NCBI GenBank assembly: GCA_963663275.1
Contig: OY760183.1
Span: forward strand, 3,040,001-3,104,000
From: Chloroflexota bacterium
Lineage (GTDB): Bacteria > Chloroflexota > UBA11872 > VXOZ01
Direction: 5' to 3'
DNA: 64,000 nucleotides
Position numbers and translations under genes: made by a program. The notes beneath the pieces are model-generated. The model made no database searches. It was not told the DNA's origin and worked only from the letters and a program-made list of their open reading frames with translations. Positions 1-8,562 of the stretch are shown piece after piece; the first letter of the stretch is position 1; each line of letters starts with the position of its first letter.

Positions 1-650
1 TAGAGGCCTTCCACAATGCCGGTCATGGCGTCGAAGAAATAGGCCCCAACCGCGAACACGGCCCCGATGACGCCGGCCAGGCGGCGCGACGGCAGCAAGG
101 CGGAGAGGAAGAGCGAAAAGCAATAGAAGAGCGCGCCCATGCCAAACGTGTTGAGCATGACAACGGCCAGCCGGTCGAACGCCAACGCGGCGCCCTCCAC
201 GAACCCGGCGCTCACCCAGAGCACGACTCCGATGATTACCAGCACAAGCGCCAGGCTCACAAGCGTCGCGATCGCCTTTTGCAGAACTACCTGGCTGCGC
301 GCTATGGGCAGGGAGAGGAGTGTGTCCATGGTGCCGCGTTCTTCCTCGCCGCGCAGCGCGCCGGTGCCCTCGATGATGGCGAAAATCGCCAGAATCAGCG
401 GCAGGATGATCAGGTACTGCGACACCAGATAGCCCTCGAATTCGGTGAGGGAAAGCACGCCGCCCGTGAACGCCTTGTATGCGTCCGGCAGGTTTTCCAT
501 CGCCTCTTCGAGATCGGCGCCGGCCTCCGCGAACGTGGGATAGATCGCCATCATCAGCAGCGCCAGCGCGCCCAGTCCCAGGCCGTAGGCCAGCACGGGA
601 ATGCGCTGATCGCGCAGCGTCTTAAGCAGAAGGTTCCGCAGCATGGCCAT
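1..650 (-). CDS. ABC transporter permease (truncated by window edge)
   Basis: Minus-strand frame from ATG 650 reads MAMLRNLLLKTLRDQRIPVLAYGLGLGALALLMMAIYPTF, is hydrophobic and overlaps the ABC ATPase stop. Confidence 0.85.
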   Translation of the reverse strand, partial: MAMLRNLLLKTLRDQRIPVLAYGLGLGALALLMMAIYPTFAEAGADLEEAMENLPDAYKAFTGGVLSLTEFEGYLVSQYLIILPLILAIFAIIEGTGALRGEEERGTMDTLLSLPIARSQVVLQKAIATLVSLALVLVIIGVVLWVSAGFVEGAALAFDRLAVVMLNTFGMGALFYCFSLFLSALLPSRRLAGVIGAVFAVGAYFFDAMTGIVEGL

Positions 651-1578
651 CCTCGCGGGTGTCGTAGTACTGGAGGAAGATGTCCTCCAGGCGTCGTTCC
701 TGGTACTCGATGTCCACCACCGTGTAGCGCGCCGCTTCCTTGAGCGCCCCGGCAAGATTGCTCTGCACCAGCGCCACCACCGTAGCGCCCTCCTGGGATT
801 CCTTCTGCACGCCGGGCACCGCCGTGAGGAAGTCCGCGGGCGGCGGTTCGCCGAATTCCAGCCGCAGCCTGCGCACCTGCTTCTCCTGAATCGCTTCCAG
901 GGTGTCGCTCAAGATGAGTGAGCCGTCGCGGATGACGCCCACCCGGTCGCAGATGCGTTCCACCTCGTCCAGGTAGTGGCTGGAGAAGAAAACCGTGCCG
1001 CCCTGCTGGCGGTACTCCTCCAAAATGCCGTAGAGTTCCTGCTGCATGAGGGGGTCGAGGCCGCTGGTGGCCTCGTCGAAGAGCACCAAGTCGGGCCGGT
1101 GCATCAGCGCCTGGAGCACGCCGATCTTCTGCTTGTTGCCCCGCGAAAGCGTGCCGATGCGCCGGTCGAGTGCCGCGTTCAGACGTTCGGCCAACTCGTG
1201 CGCGTAGGTCAGGTCCGCCACGCCGCGCACGGACCCGAAGAAGCGCAGCAGTTGCCTGCCGGTCAGATTGTCGTACATGCGCAGTTCGCCGGGCAGAAAG
1301 CCGACGCGGGCGCGGATGGCCTTCGACTGGCCCCGCGAGTCCATGCCAAGAATTGTCGCCGAGCCACGCGAGGCGCGGATGAAGTCGAGGAGCAGGCGTA
1401 CCGTGGTCGTCTTGCCCGCGCCGTTGGGGCCCACGAAACCGTAGATTTCGCCGCGCCGCACCTCGAGATCAAGGTCGACCACACCGCGGCTCTTGCCATA
1501 GTACTTCGTTAGCTGCCGCGTTTCAATCGCCAGTTCCGATGCCACGGGCGGCGTCCTCTCCGCGTTCACTCTTGCCAC
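622..1578 (-). CDS. ABC transporter ATP-binding protein
   Basis: Walker A GPNGAGKTT, signature LSRGNKQK, Walker B VLFDEATSGLD, H-loop SSHYL. Confidence 0.95.
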   Translation of the reverse strand: MARVNAERTPPVASELAIETRQLTKYYGKSRGVVDLDLEVRRGEIYGFVGPNGAGKTTTVRLLLDFIRASRGSATILGMDSRGQSKAIRARVGFLPGELRMYDNLTGRQLLRFFGSVRGVADLTYAHELAERLNAALDRRIGTLSRGNKQKIGVLQALMHRPDLVLFDEATSGLDPLMQQELYGILEEYRQQGGTVFFSSHYLDEVERICDRVGVIRDGSLILSDTLEAIQEKQVRRLRLEFGEPPPADFLTAVPGVQKESQEGATVVALVQSNLAGALKEAARYTVVDIEYQERRLEDIFLQYYDTREDGHAAEPSA

Positions 1579-1929
1579 GGGCAGCTGGGCGGAAACACGT
1601 CCCGGTTAACCCGCTTACGCCCTGGCGTTGAGGCTCGATTCGTGGGTACTATAACATACGATGAGTGCGCGGGCTAGTATACTGTAAAGGGAGCGCGGCG
1701 CGGCCGGTTGCGAAAAGCCGGCGCGCCGCCGGGCCGGCCCTCCCGGCACGCTGGGAGCGCACTGGCTCTTGACTGCGCTTGCGAGCGCGAAACGCACACC
1801 GCTTAAGGCACTTCTCAGGTTGCGCGTATAGAATGGAGCGCGGCCAGACCGGTGAAACCGCCGCTCGACGCGGGCGGCAGGCACGGGCAAGAGTGGGTTC
1901 CAAGACGCGCGGCAACGGAGGTTTGCGCA

Positions 1930-2778
1930 ATGACTAATCTGGATAGACGAGCCTGGATCGGCATCTCCGCCCTAGCGGTGGGCGTGGTCATTCTGCTCAT
2001 CGTGATCTTTGCTTCCGTCCGCAACGCGGGCCAGCAGTTCCTCAACCTCTTCCGCGTCGAACAGGCGCAGACGATACAACTCACGCAAGAGTTCCTGGAT
2101 TCCCTGCCGGAGCCGGACAGCGAGATTATCCAGTGGGTGCAGGAGCCGTCCGATGAGTTCGAACCGCGTGAAGTTTCGCTTGAAGATGCCGAAGAGGAAC
2201 TCGGCTTCCGCTTGGCGCGGCTGACCGAGCCGCCGGACGTTCTCCAGACGGAGCCGGAAGTCTGGCTTACCGAAGCGGATGAAGCCACCTTTACGCTGGA
2301 CCTGCCCGGCGTGCGCAACTACATCTGGGCATTGGGCGGCGACGGCGCTATGCTCCCCGATAGCCTGGAAGGCGCGGTCTTCCGCGTCACCATGCCCCAG
2401 GTAGGGATGCTCTACTACGCAGCGAAAGACAACCCCGACCAGGGCGTGCGTCTCTTCCAGACCACCAGCCCCACGCTCGCGGTCCCTGACGGCATCGACA
2501 TGGACGCCATTCGCGACGAACTCCTGGAACTGGACATCCTGCCCCCGGAACTGGCCGCGCAACTGCGAGCGATAGAGGATTGGGAGAGCACCCTGCCGCT
2601 GCCGCTGGTGGAAGGCATGTCCGAGGAAGTAAGCGTTGGCTCCGCGACCGCGGTGCGGTTCTTCAACGTGGACGACGAAGACCGTATGCTCGTCTGGGTC
2701 GCTCAAAACCGTATCCACGTGCTGAGCACGAATGTGCCCGACCTGGACCTGGCCGCGCTGGCGGAGAGCGTCGAGTAG
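1930..2778 (+). CDS. Membrane-anchored hypothetical protein resembling the extracytoplasmic part of anti-sigma factors
   Basis: N-terminal TM helix then an acidic domain (QFLNLFRVEQ, LRAIEDWESTLPLPL); GGAGG before ATG 1930. Confidence 0.6.
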   Translation: MTNLDRRAWIGISALAVGVVILLIVIFASVRNAGQQFLNLFRVEQAQTIQLTQEFLDSLPEPDSEIIQWVQEPSDEFEPREVSLEDAEEELGFRLARLTEPPDVLQTEPEVWLTEADEATFTLDLPGVRNYIWALGGDGAMLPDSLEGAVFRVTMPQVGMLYYAAKDNPDQGVRLFQTTSPTLAVPDGIDMDAIRDELLELDILPPELAAQLRAIEDWESTLPLPLVEGMSEEVSVGSATAVRFFNVDDEDRMLVWVAQNRIHVLSTNVPDLDLAALAESVE

Positions 2779-2873
2779 GACTCTAGTGGGGTTGGATAGG
2801 GAGATCCCCTAGGTCCTAATCCACGATTTCGAGCGAACCACATCGTGATACTGTGCAAACCATACCGTGAAGT

Positions 2874-3218
2874 CGAACGACCCGTACCGTTCGCCCTGAG
2901 CATCGTCGAAGGGTGAACGGTAGGGGAAAACGGGCAAAAGTTTCCAAAGCGCCGCCCTCTCCGTTCATGCTTCGACAGGCTCAGCACGAACGGAGAGAGG
3001 CGCCCTGACCCTTATCCACGATAACGTGCGAACCATTCCGCGTAGATGAACGAAGCATTTCCCGTAGACGAGCGACCCCTACCGTGACGACGAACGACCC
3101 ATCCCGTTCGCCCTGAGCATCGTCGAAGGGTGAACGGTACGGGTAATCAGTAAGAGTTCCCAAGACGCCGCTCTTTCCGTTCGTGCTGAGCCTGTCGAAG
3201 CATGAACGGAAAGAGCGG
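2874..3218. repeat. Two REP family A doublets (CCGTTCGCCCTGAGC..GTCGAAGGGTGAACGG type)
   Basis: Near-duplicate units at about 2874-2998 and 3092-3218; the family recurs at about 28799, 39123, 39185, 44866, 44926 and 45052. Confidence 0.85.
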
Positions 3219-3433
3219 CGTACATTACACTGGGAATAAACAGGACAAGACTCCGTCGTTGCCTCACCCAGTCCGTCATTCCCGCTCACTCAGTCCGTCA
3301 CTCCGGCGCAAGCCGGAATCCAGCTTCCGCTCGCGTCACGGATTCCCTCCCGCGCGGGATGCGCCGACCGCCTGCATTAAGGTACCCTGATGCCGGTAGA
3401 TTATGTCCGCTCATCTTGGAAGAGGAGACCTCA

Positions 3434-4108
3434 ATGAATTACGAGATTCTGCACCGGCCGTCGTACGCGCTGTTGAAGGTTGACCTAGCCGCCGGTGAGA
3501 GCGTGAGCGCCGAATCCGGCGCGATGGTCAGCATGTCCGACGGCATTGAGATCGAAACCAGTATGCGCGGCGGCCTCTTGGGCGGATTGAAGCGCAAGGT
3601 CCTGGGCGGCGAGTCGTTCTTCGTGAACACATTCAACGCTTCGCAAGACGGCGAGGTGAACTTCGCCCCCAGCCTGCCCGGCGACGTCTACGCGGTGGAA
3701 CTGCGCGGCGAGACCATCTACGCGCAATCCGGGGCCTACATCGCCTCCACCGCCGGCATCGACGTGGACACCTCCTGGGGCGGCGCCAAGACCTTCTTCT
3801 CCGGCGAAGGCTTCTTCATGCTCAAGATCAGTGGCAGCGGCACGGTCTTCCTCTCCAGTTATGGCGCGATTCACGAAGTCGAACTGGCGGCCGGCCAGAC
3901 CTACACCGTGGATACCGGTCACATGGTCTCTTTCGCCGAAGGCGTGGGCTACAACGTGCGGCGCGTGGGCGGAATGAAGTCCACCTTCTTCAGCGGCGAA
4001 GGCCTGGTGGTGGAACTCACCGGCCCCGGCACGATCACCATCCAATCCCGCAGCACCGACGCCCTGCTGGCATGGCTCATACCCCACCTGCCAGACAAGT
4101 CGGGATAA
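3434..4108 (+). CDS. TIGR00266/AIM24 family protein
   Basis: AESGAMVSMS, GGESFFVNTF, FFSGEG repeats, VDTGHMV; GAGGAG RBS before ATG 3434. Confidence 0.92.
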   Translation: MNYEILHRPSYALLKVDLAAGESVSAESGAMVSMSDGIEIETSMRGGLLGGLKRKVLGGESFFVNTFNASQDGEVNFAPSLPGDVYAVELRGETIYAQSGAYIASTAGIDVDTSWGGAKTFFSGEGFFMLKISGSGTVFLSSYGAIHEVELAAGQTYTVDTGHMVSFAEGVGYNVRRVGGMKSTFFSGEGLVVELTGPGTITIQSRSTDALLAWLIPHLPDKSG

Positions 4109-5375
4109 CGGCAGACTCTTCAAAACTGTCCTCCAGACAAGCTGGGTTCCGTTCAACGGATCCGTCGAGTACGCGGCTAAGCGCCAAAGAGATAGGGAAG
4201 ACTTCCTACTAACGTAGGGACTCTTGATGTTGTTGATAGAGTGCGCAGGCCATGTGTGCCCAGAAGATTGGCAAAGGCTCAGGCCGACGAACATTGAGAT
4301 TGTGCCCAAGGCTGGCATGTCAGACGCTCCCGCGCTACTTCAACGCTGAGACTAGAAGACCCATGCCCTTCGCCAGGCAGCAAAGGCCTGCCTCTCGGGT
4401 TTCCGTATGTCAGTATTTGCGCTTCAGGCGCCCCTGGTTACGGATACTCACTTAGAGTCATTGCAAGCCGCGGTAGATCGTGGCACGAGATTGCCCTGAC
4501 CGATGGTCGCAAGAGCGTGCAGTCTGATACAATGCACATTAGGGACATTGGAGCGGCAGTAAAGAAAGGAGTGGCTACTAGCGCATAACATCAATAGCTG
4601 CTGGTGTCTCTGCATCCTTATTGACACCCCTTGCATGCGAAGTCCAATTCATAAAACCGTGGGAGATTCTTCCCTCCGTTTTAGCGAAAGGACGCGCGAT
4701 GCCCAGCGGAAATGTAACTGACCGCAAGCCCATATATAGAATTATAGATTTGTGGCGAAAGATCGTGCCGGGTAATGCTGTGGGCACTTCGAAGTGTAAC
4801 CCAGAGCCGCTTCTGAAGAGAGTGCGCAATAACAATATAATGACGTTCATTTGGGAGCACAAGATGGGCTGCATATGTTTTCTGGAATTTGTTCTCCTAA
4901 TGTTGGATGTATTTGACAGGTTCAAGTAAGAATCGGTGGTAGAGCCCGTTAATCCGGGAGCCATTGAGTACGCCTTGAACCAATTTTGGACGCGCTTCAA
5001 CCGCGGGCGCTGATGGAAAGTGCTTCGCAAAGCAAGGGTACGATAGGTCGAGGGCCGCCGAGCTTGGAGCATTCAATGTCCCAGGCAAGGCGGCTCTTGG
5101 CGTCGGTAGGCGCGCCGGCTGTCTGCTCTCTGTTTTGGGGGCAAGCCCCTAACTCTCAACGTAAAGGCAAGTCGTGTAGAGTGCTGCGGAGGACACTCCC
5201 GGTTCTCAGGGAAGGCAATGACCTCGGCCGCGCTCGTGCCGACATCCTAGCTGTCCACCGTGGGTAGCTACGTTGTCTTCGCGCACCTGTAGACTGACGT
5301 TCTCTGTGAGTACCTCAGATCGTATCCTGCGCGCGGTCAATTATGCCCTTTTGCCAATGAACTGGCTAAAGACGC

Positions 5376-5404
5376 TTGCGCATGGGGCAACACTGTGCTA
5401 AAAT
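5376..5404 (+). promoter_or_regulatory. Sigma70-like promoter (TTGCGC, TGn-TAAAAT)
   Basis: -35-like TTGCGC, 17-bp spacer and extended -10 upstream of the HEPN leader. Confidence 0.5.
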
Positions 5405-5529
5405 CCCTACGGATAAGCAAAGTCCAGAAGGAGGTGTGCTATGGTTTAGCAAACGGCATTGGAATTTTTGAAGTGTGAAGAAACATTTAAATTCCAATCT
5501 TTCTGAACAGCGGAATCAAGCAAAGCACT

Positions 5530-5551
5530 AGCACCTGTCGGTGCTTTTTTT
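5530..5551 (+). terminator. Intrinsic terminator in the leader of the HEPN gene
   Basis: AGCACC-TGTC-GGTGCT hairpin followed by a T run. Confidence 0.7.
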
Positions 5552-5587
5552 AATTTTGCTTACCGTATGGCAAGGAGTGTATTTGCC

Positions 5588-6076
5588 ATGGCCACAATTC
5601 GAAACCGTTCTACGCTGAGTTCTGACCTTCTCTTGGACGAGGCGCTAAGGGCGTGCCAACGGGGCCTCGCGAAGTACTGCTCACGCAAGTTGGTGCCGCC
5701 TTACTTTCGGCCCGATGAACTTGGCGATTTCGTGTTCGCTGTCGTCGGTCATCGATTGAATTTCCGGGGCTCCGATCCGGACCGCCTTTTCGAGCGCATG
5801 GATGAGGACTCCCTCCTCATGTTCATTGATAAGGCAGACTGGAGGATGGCCGATTTCTTCAGTGAGTTGACCCATTACGAGAGAGGGTTTGTCAAGAGCC
5901 TGCTCGTCCAGACCCGCTACTTTCGCGGCCTCTATGCTCACCGGCAGGAGATTCCGATAGACGACCAAGAATACTTCCTTGCAGGGCTCATTCGCCTACT
6001 GAGGATGGTTGAGGCGCACGAGGAAGCGGTTGAGGTCGAAGGCATTCGGATGAGGGCTAGGAGCGCGTCTCACTGA
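5588..6076 (+). CDS. Stand-alone Swt1-like HEPN domain protein (putative RNase)
   Basis: All-helical pattern LDEALRACQRGLAKY..MDEDSLL..W..FF..ERGFVKSL..RGLYAHRQEIPIDD..LIRLL fits the Swt1-like HEPN pattern with R-x4-H; AAGGAG RBS before ATG 5588 (alternative start 5567). Confidence 0.7.
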   Translation: MATIRNRSTLSSDLLLDEALRACQRGLAKYCSRKLVPPYFRPDELGDFVFAVVGHRLNFRGSDPDRLFERMDEDSLLMFIDKADWRMADFFSELTHYERGFVKSLLVQTRYFRGLYAHRQEIPIDDQEYFLAGLIRLLRMVEAHEEAVEVEGIRMRARSASH

Positions 6077-6369
6077 GAAGCTAGCCGTTGGCGCCGGTTG
6101 AGAGGGCACTAACGACTGCCGGTTTCCTCGTAGGCTAGAGGCCAACGGGCAAAAGGCCGTCGCGATTGGATCAATTGGTGATCCGGGCGCGGCGGCCATT
6201 TGCGTCTGTAGCGGGCGCGTCGGCTGCCCGCCCTTTGTTCATGGGCAAGCCAGATCAGCTTAAGGCTTGAGTAACCGGTGTTTGGCGCCCCAGAGAACGT
6301 CCCATTGCTTGAGGAGAGTGCTCCAAGTCGGTGTCGCGTTCAGTGCAAATTCTGAGTAGCGGCGTTCGG

Positions 6370-6615
6370 CTACAGTTCCGTTTCTAAGGTTCTGGCATGC
6401 GTGAGGTCTGCACCGGTTACGGGACGCGCCTGTGAGGGCAGAACCGTTGCAATGGCCACGGTCTCGCCGTCCAAGAACATGAACTCCACCACGAAGGCCT
6501 CGCTGCCGGGGTGCACGTGGACGATCGTGCCAACGTCGCCTGGCTGCAATTCCTCTCCGGCATCGCCAGAAACGGCAGAGAGGAGTACGATTTGTTCGTG
6601 CTCCTTGACTACTAT
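6370..6615 (-). pseudogene. DUF4926 domain protein with non-canonical or lost start (ATA)
   Basis: Frame IVVKEHEQIVLL..LQPGDVGTIVHVHPGSEAFVVEFMFLDGETVAIATVLPSQARPV; absent from the ORF track because it lacks a standard start. Confidence 0.7.
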
Positions 6616-6740
6616 TTCATGTTCCTCCTGGGCTTTGCCGCATTAAGTCTTGAGTATTCGCTGTCCTGTTCAATCCGCCAGCCGGTCACGACGCGCTGGC
6701 CTCGTCCTTCCAGCGTCCTATTCTCACCCTCGTCGTAGTG
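6612..6740 (-). pseudogene. Degenerate C-terminal remnant of a DUF6883-like gene
   Basis: HYDEGENRTLEGRGQRVVTGWRIEQDSEYSRLNAAKP resembles the C-terminus of the usual DUF4926 partner; stop overlaps the DUF4926 start. Confidence 0.5.
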
Positions 6741-7047
6741 TCAAGAACTATGGACGGCATGAGAGCAGCATTCGCAACCTCGTGGACTGCGTGATGTACT
6801 GCTATGACATCTGAAGAGTCTGCCAAGGCGCAGCAAGCATCCGATTCGACAGTCTTGGCCACTTGGTTCGACCGCTTGTGCCGTCGTAAAGTGCAAGTGG
6901 CCCATCTTTGGAAGCAAGAAGTGGCAATAGGAGATGTGCGACTGGATACAGCCCCTGAGCGTCAACGACTGAAAGCCTCCATGGATTTTTATCTAAAACC
7001 AAACGGGACTGGCGATACAGCACCAGTCCCGTTCATCTTGTAACGAA

Positions 7048-7287
7048 TCAATCAGTCTGCTGACGCTTCTCCTGTTCCTCTTTCCGCATCGGGTCCAACC
7101 CTGAACGGATTGCAGATAGGCTCCGAGCAAAGCAGTAGGGAATCACGGCTACGCACAAGGCGATAGCGGCAGCGGCGGCCTCCTGCGGGGAACTTTCGGC
7201 AGCAGATACACCGATTGCGAATACCCCACAGCCCGCCAGAGAAGCCAGCAGAGCGAATAGCCAAGCCAGTGAGTTAAGGATACGCAT
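7048..7287 (-). CDS. Small two-TM membrane protein
   Basis: Two hydrophobic helices around AESSPQEAAAAAIALCVAVIPYCFAR; 11 bp downstream of the secreted-protein gene. Confidence 0.75.
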   Translation of the reverse strand: MRILNSLAWLFALLASLAGCGVFAIGVSAAESSPQEAAAAAIALCVAVIPYCFARSLSAIRSGLDPMRKEEQEKRQQTD

Positions 7288-7298
7288 TGAAGCACCGC

Positions 7299-7940
7299 CT
7301 AGTTGCCAGCCGGAACTGGAACGAATCCCCGATCCATAGCGCGGAATTCAATGCGGGTGAGAGTAACCTGCTCGTTTACGTCGAAGATGGCAAGGCACGA
7401 CAGCGACCCAAGAGGCGATATCTGCTCGTCACAACCGATGATATCGACTGGCTCGAACTGTCGCCCGACTGCGTCAAAGCCTATCAGCCCTTCGTCATGA
7501 GAGAATGTGTCCAGATCGCCAACGTGAAACTTGCTCGGGCCAATGCCAACATTGGTGAGACGGAGTCCGACAAGGAGTAACTTGTGGTTATCCGCACTTG
7601 GGGTATATGTCTTGCCCCAAAAGCCGCTTGTCTCGAAGGATTCCCGTCTCTGAACTCCTAGCACCTCAAAAGCAAAGTTGCCAATGCGCGTGCCGGAATC
7701 GAAGGACAGGGAACTATCTGACAGCGGCAGTTTTGAATCTATCTCAATGGTGACGGGTACCTCGATCTGGTACTCGACTCCGTCGTAAGTGAACGTCAGC
7801 AGGGCCGTACTGCTGACTGAGGCTTCAATAGTTACTTTGCCGCCCTCGACCGTGACGCTTCCCTCGTTGGCAAATAGCGTCGGCACAAACAAGAACAGCA
7901 GTATACTCAGGGCAAGAGAACGAACGATCAGCCTACGCAT
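7299..7940 (-). CDS. Secreted beta-rich protein (DUF4352-like Ig fold)
   Basis: Signal peptide MRRLIVRSLALSILLFLFVPTLFA; LLLVGLRLTNVG..DAVGRQF..ISPLGS..AIFDV; AGGAGG RBS. Confidence 0.7.
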   Translation of the reverse strand: MRRLIVRSLALSILLFLFVPTLFANEGSVTVEGGKVTIEASVSSTALLTFTYDGVEYQIEVPVTIEIDSKLPLSDSSLSFDSGTRIGNFAFEVLGVQRRESFETSGFWGKTYTPSADNHKLLLVGLRLTNVGIGPSKFHVGDLDTFSHDEGLIGFDAVGRQFEPVDIIGCDEQISPLGSLSCLAIFDVNEQVTLTRIEFRAMDRGFVPVPAGN

Positions 7941-8076
7941 AGCGGTGCCTCCTCGCGACACAAACTTGAACTTTGGTCGCGACACCTAAGCACCTGAGCG
8001 AGCCGCGAGGAGACAAGTGTCCCTCGGCTCAAGCTTGTGCCTCGAAGCTCGCTCCAAATACCGTATAGGTGTCGCA
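7941..8076 (-). ncRNA. Candidate structured cis-regulatory 5' leader, copy 1
   Basis: Homologous to 8182-8319; stems GCGACACCT/AGGTGTCGC and GCGAGC/GCTCGC; anti-SD TGTCTCCTCGCG. Confidence 0.6.
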
Positions 8077-8082
8077 AGCAGC

Positions 8083-8174
8083 ATCGTATCAGGAGGCGAA
8101 ATTCACGTCAATTCTATGTCTACTTATTTCGCATGAGCCCATCATTGACGCAATTCTTCCCACTATGCTAATGT
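8083..8174. promoter_or_regulatory. Back-to-back sigma70 promoters
   Basis: Minus strand TTGACG(8111-8106)-17-TACGAT; plus strand TTGACG(8145-8150)-18-TAATGT; both have a TGn extended -10. Confidence 0.7.
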
Positions 8175-8181
8175 AACGCCA

Positions 8182-8319
8182 CGCGACACCTTAAGAGGCC
8201 CTGGCGAGCTTCGGGCACACACCTTGAGCTATTGGTTTAATTTGTCTCCTGGCGGCTCGCACGTGCGCTTGAGGTGTCGCGACCAAGAGCTCATCGTAGT
8301 GTCGCGAGGAGGCGTCATT
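8182..8319 (+). ncRNA. Candidate structured cis-regulatory 5' leader, copy 2
   Basis: CGCGACACCT 8182-8191 pairs AGGTGTCGCG 8272-8281; GCGAGC 8204-8209 pairs GCTCGC 8255-8260; TGTCTCCT 8243-8250 is complementary to SD AGGAGG 8307-8312. Confidence 0.6.
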
Positions 8320-8562
8320 GTGGGTACTACTGAGATTCTCATTCTCTCTCTCGTCGTAGTCGCCGGCTACTTCATCCCGCTCATTGTTGCACTGGTCCGG
8401 CGCAAGACCGGGCGCATGCAGGTCTTCATCGTCAACCTCTTCTTCGGTTGGACGTTCATCGGTTGGGTTATCGCATTGGTCATGGCATTCGGCTCAGACA
8501 GCGTCACTGTGGTGCACACAGTAGACCAGGGTACAAGGTCTGAAACGAAGGACGGTGAGTAA
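8320..8562 (+). CDS. Superinfection immunity protein (Imm_superinfect family)
   Basis: YFIPLIVALVR..VFIVNLFFGWTFIGWVIALVMA signature; GTG start after AGGAGG. Confidence 0.88.
   Translation: MGTTEILILSLVVVAGYFIPLIVALVRRKTGRMQVFIVNLFFGWTFIGWVIALVMAFGSDSVTVVHTVDQGTRSETKDGE

Noticed and set aside
2703-3390. Short ORFs such as MLSLSKHER and SFDRLSTNG
   Set aside because: Translations of REP A palindromes
6804-7043. 79-aa plus-strand ORF
   Set aside because: No clear RBS or recognisable motif; cannot be supported as a gene
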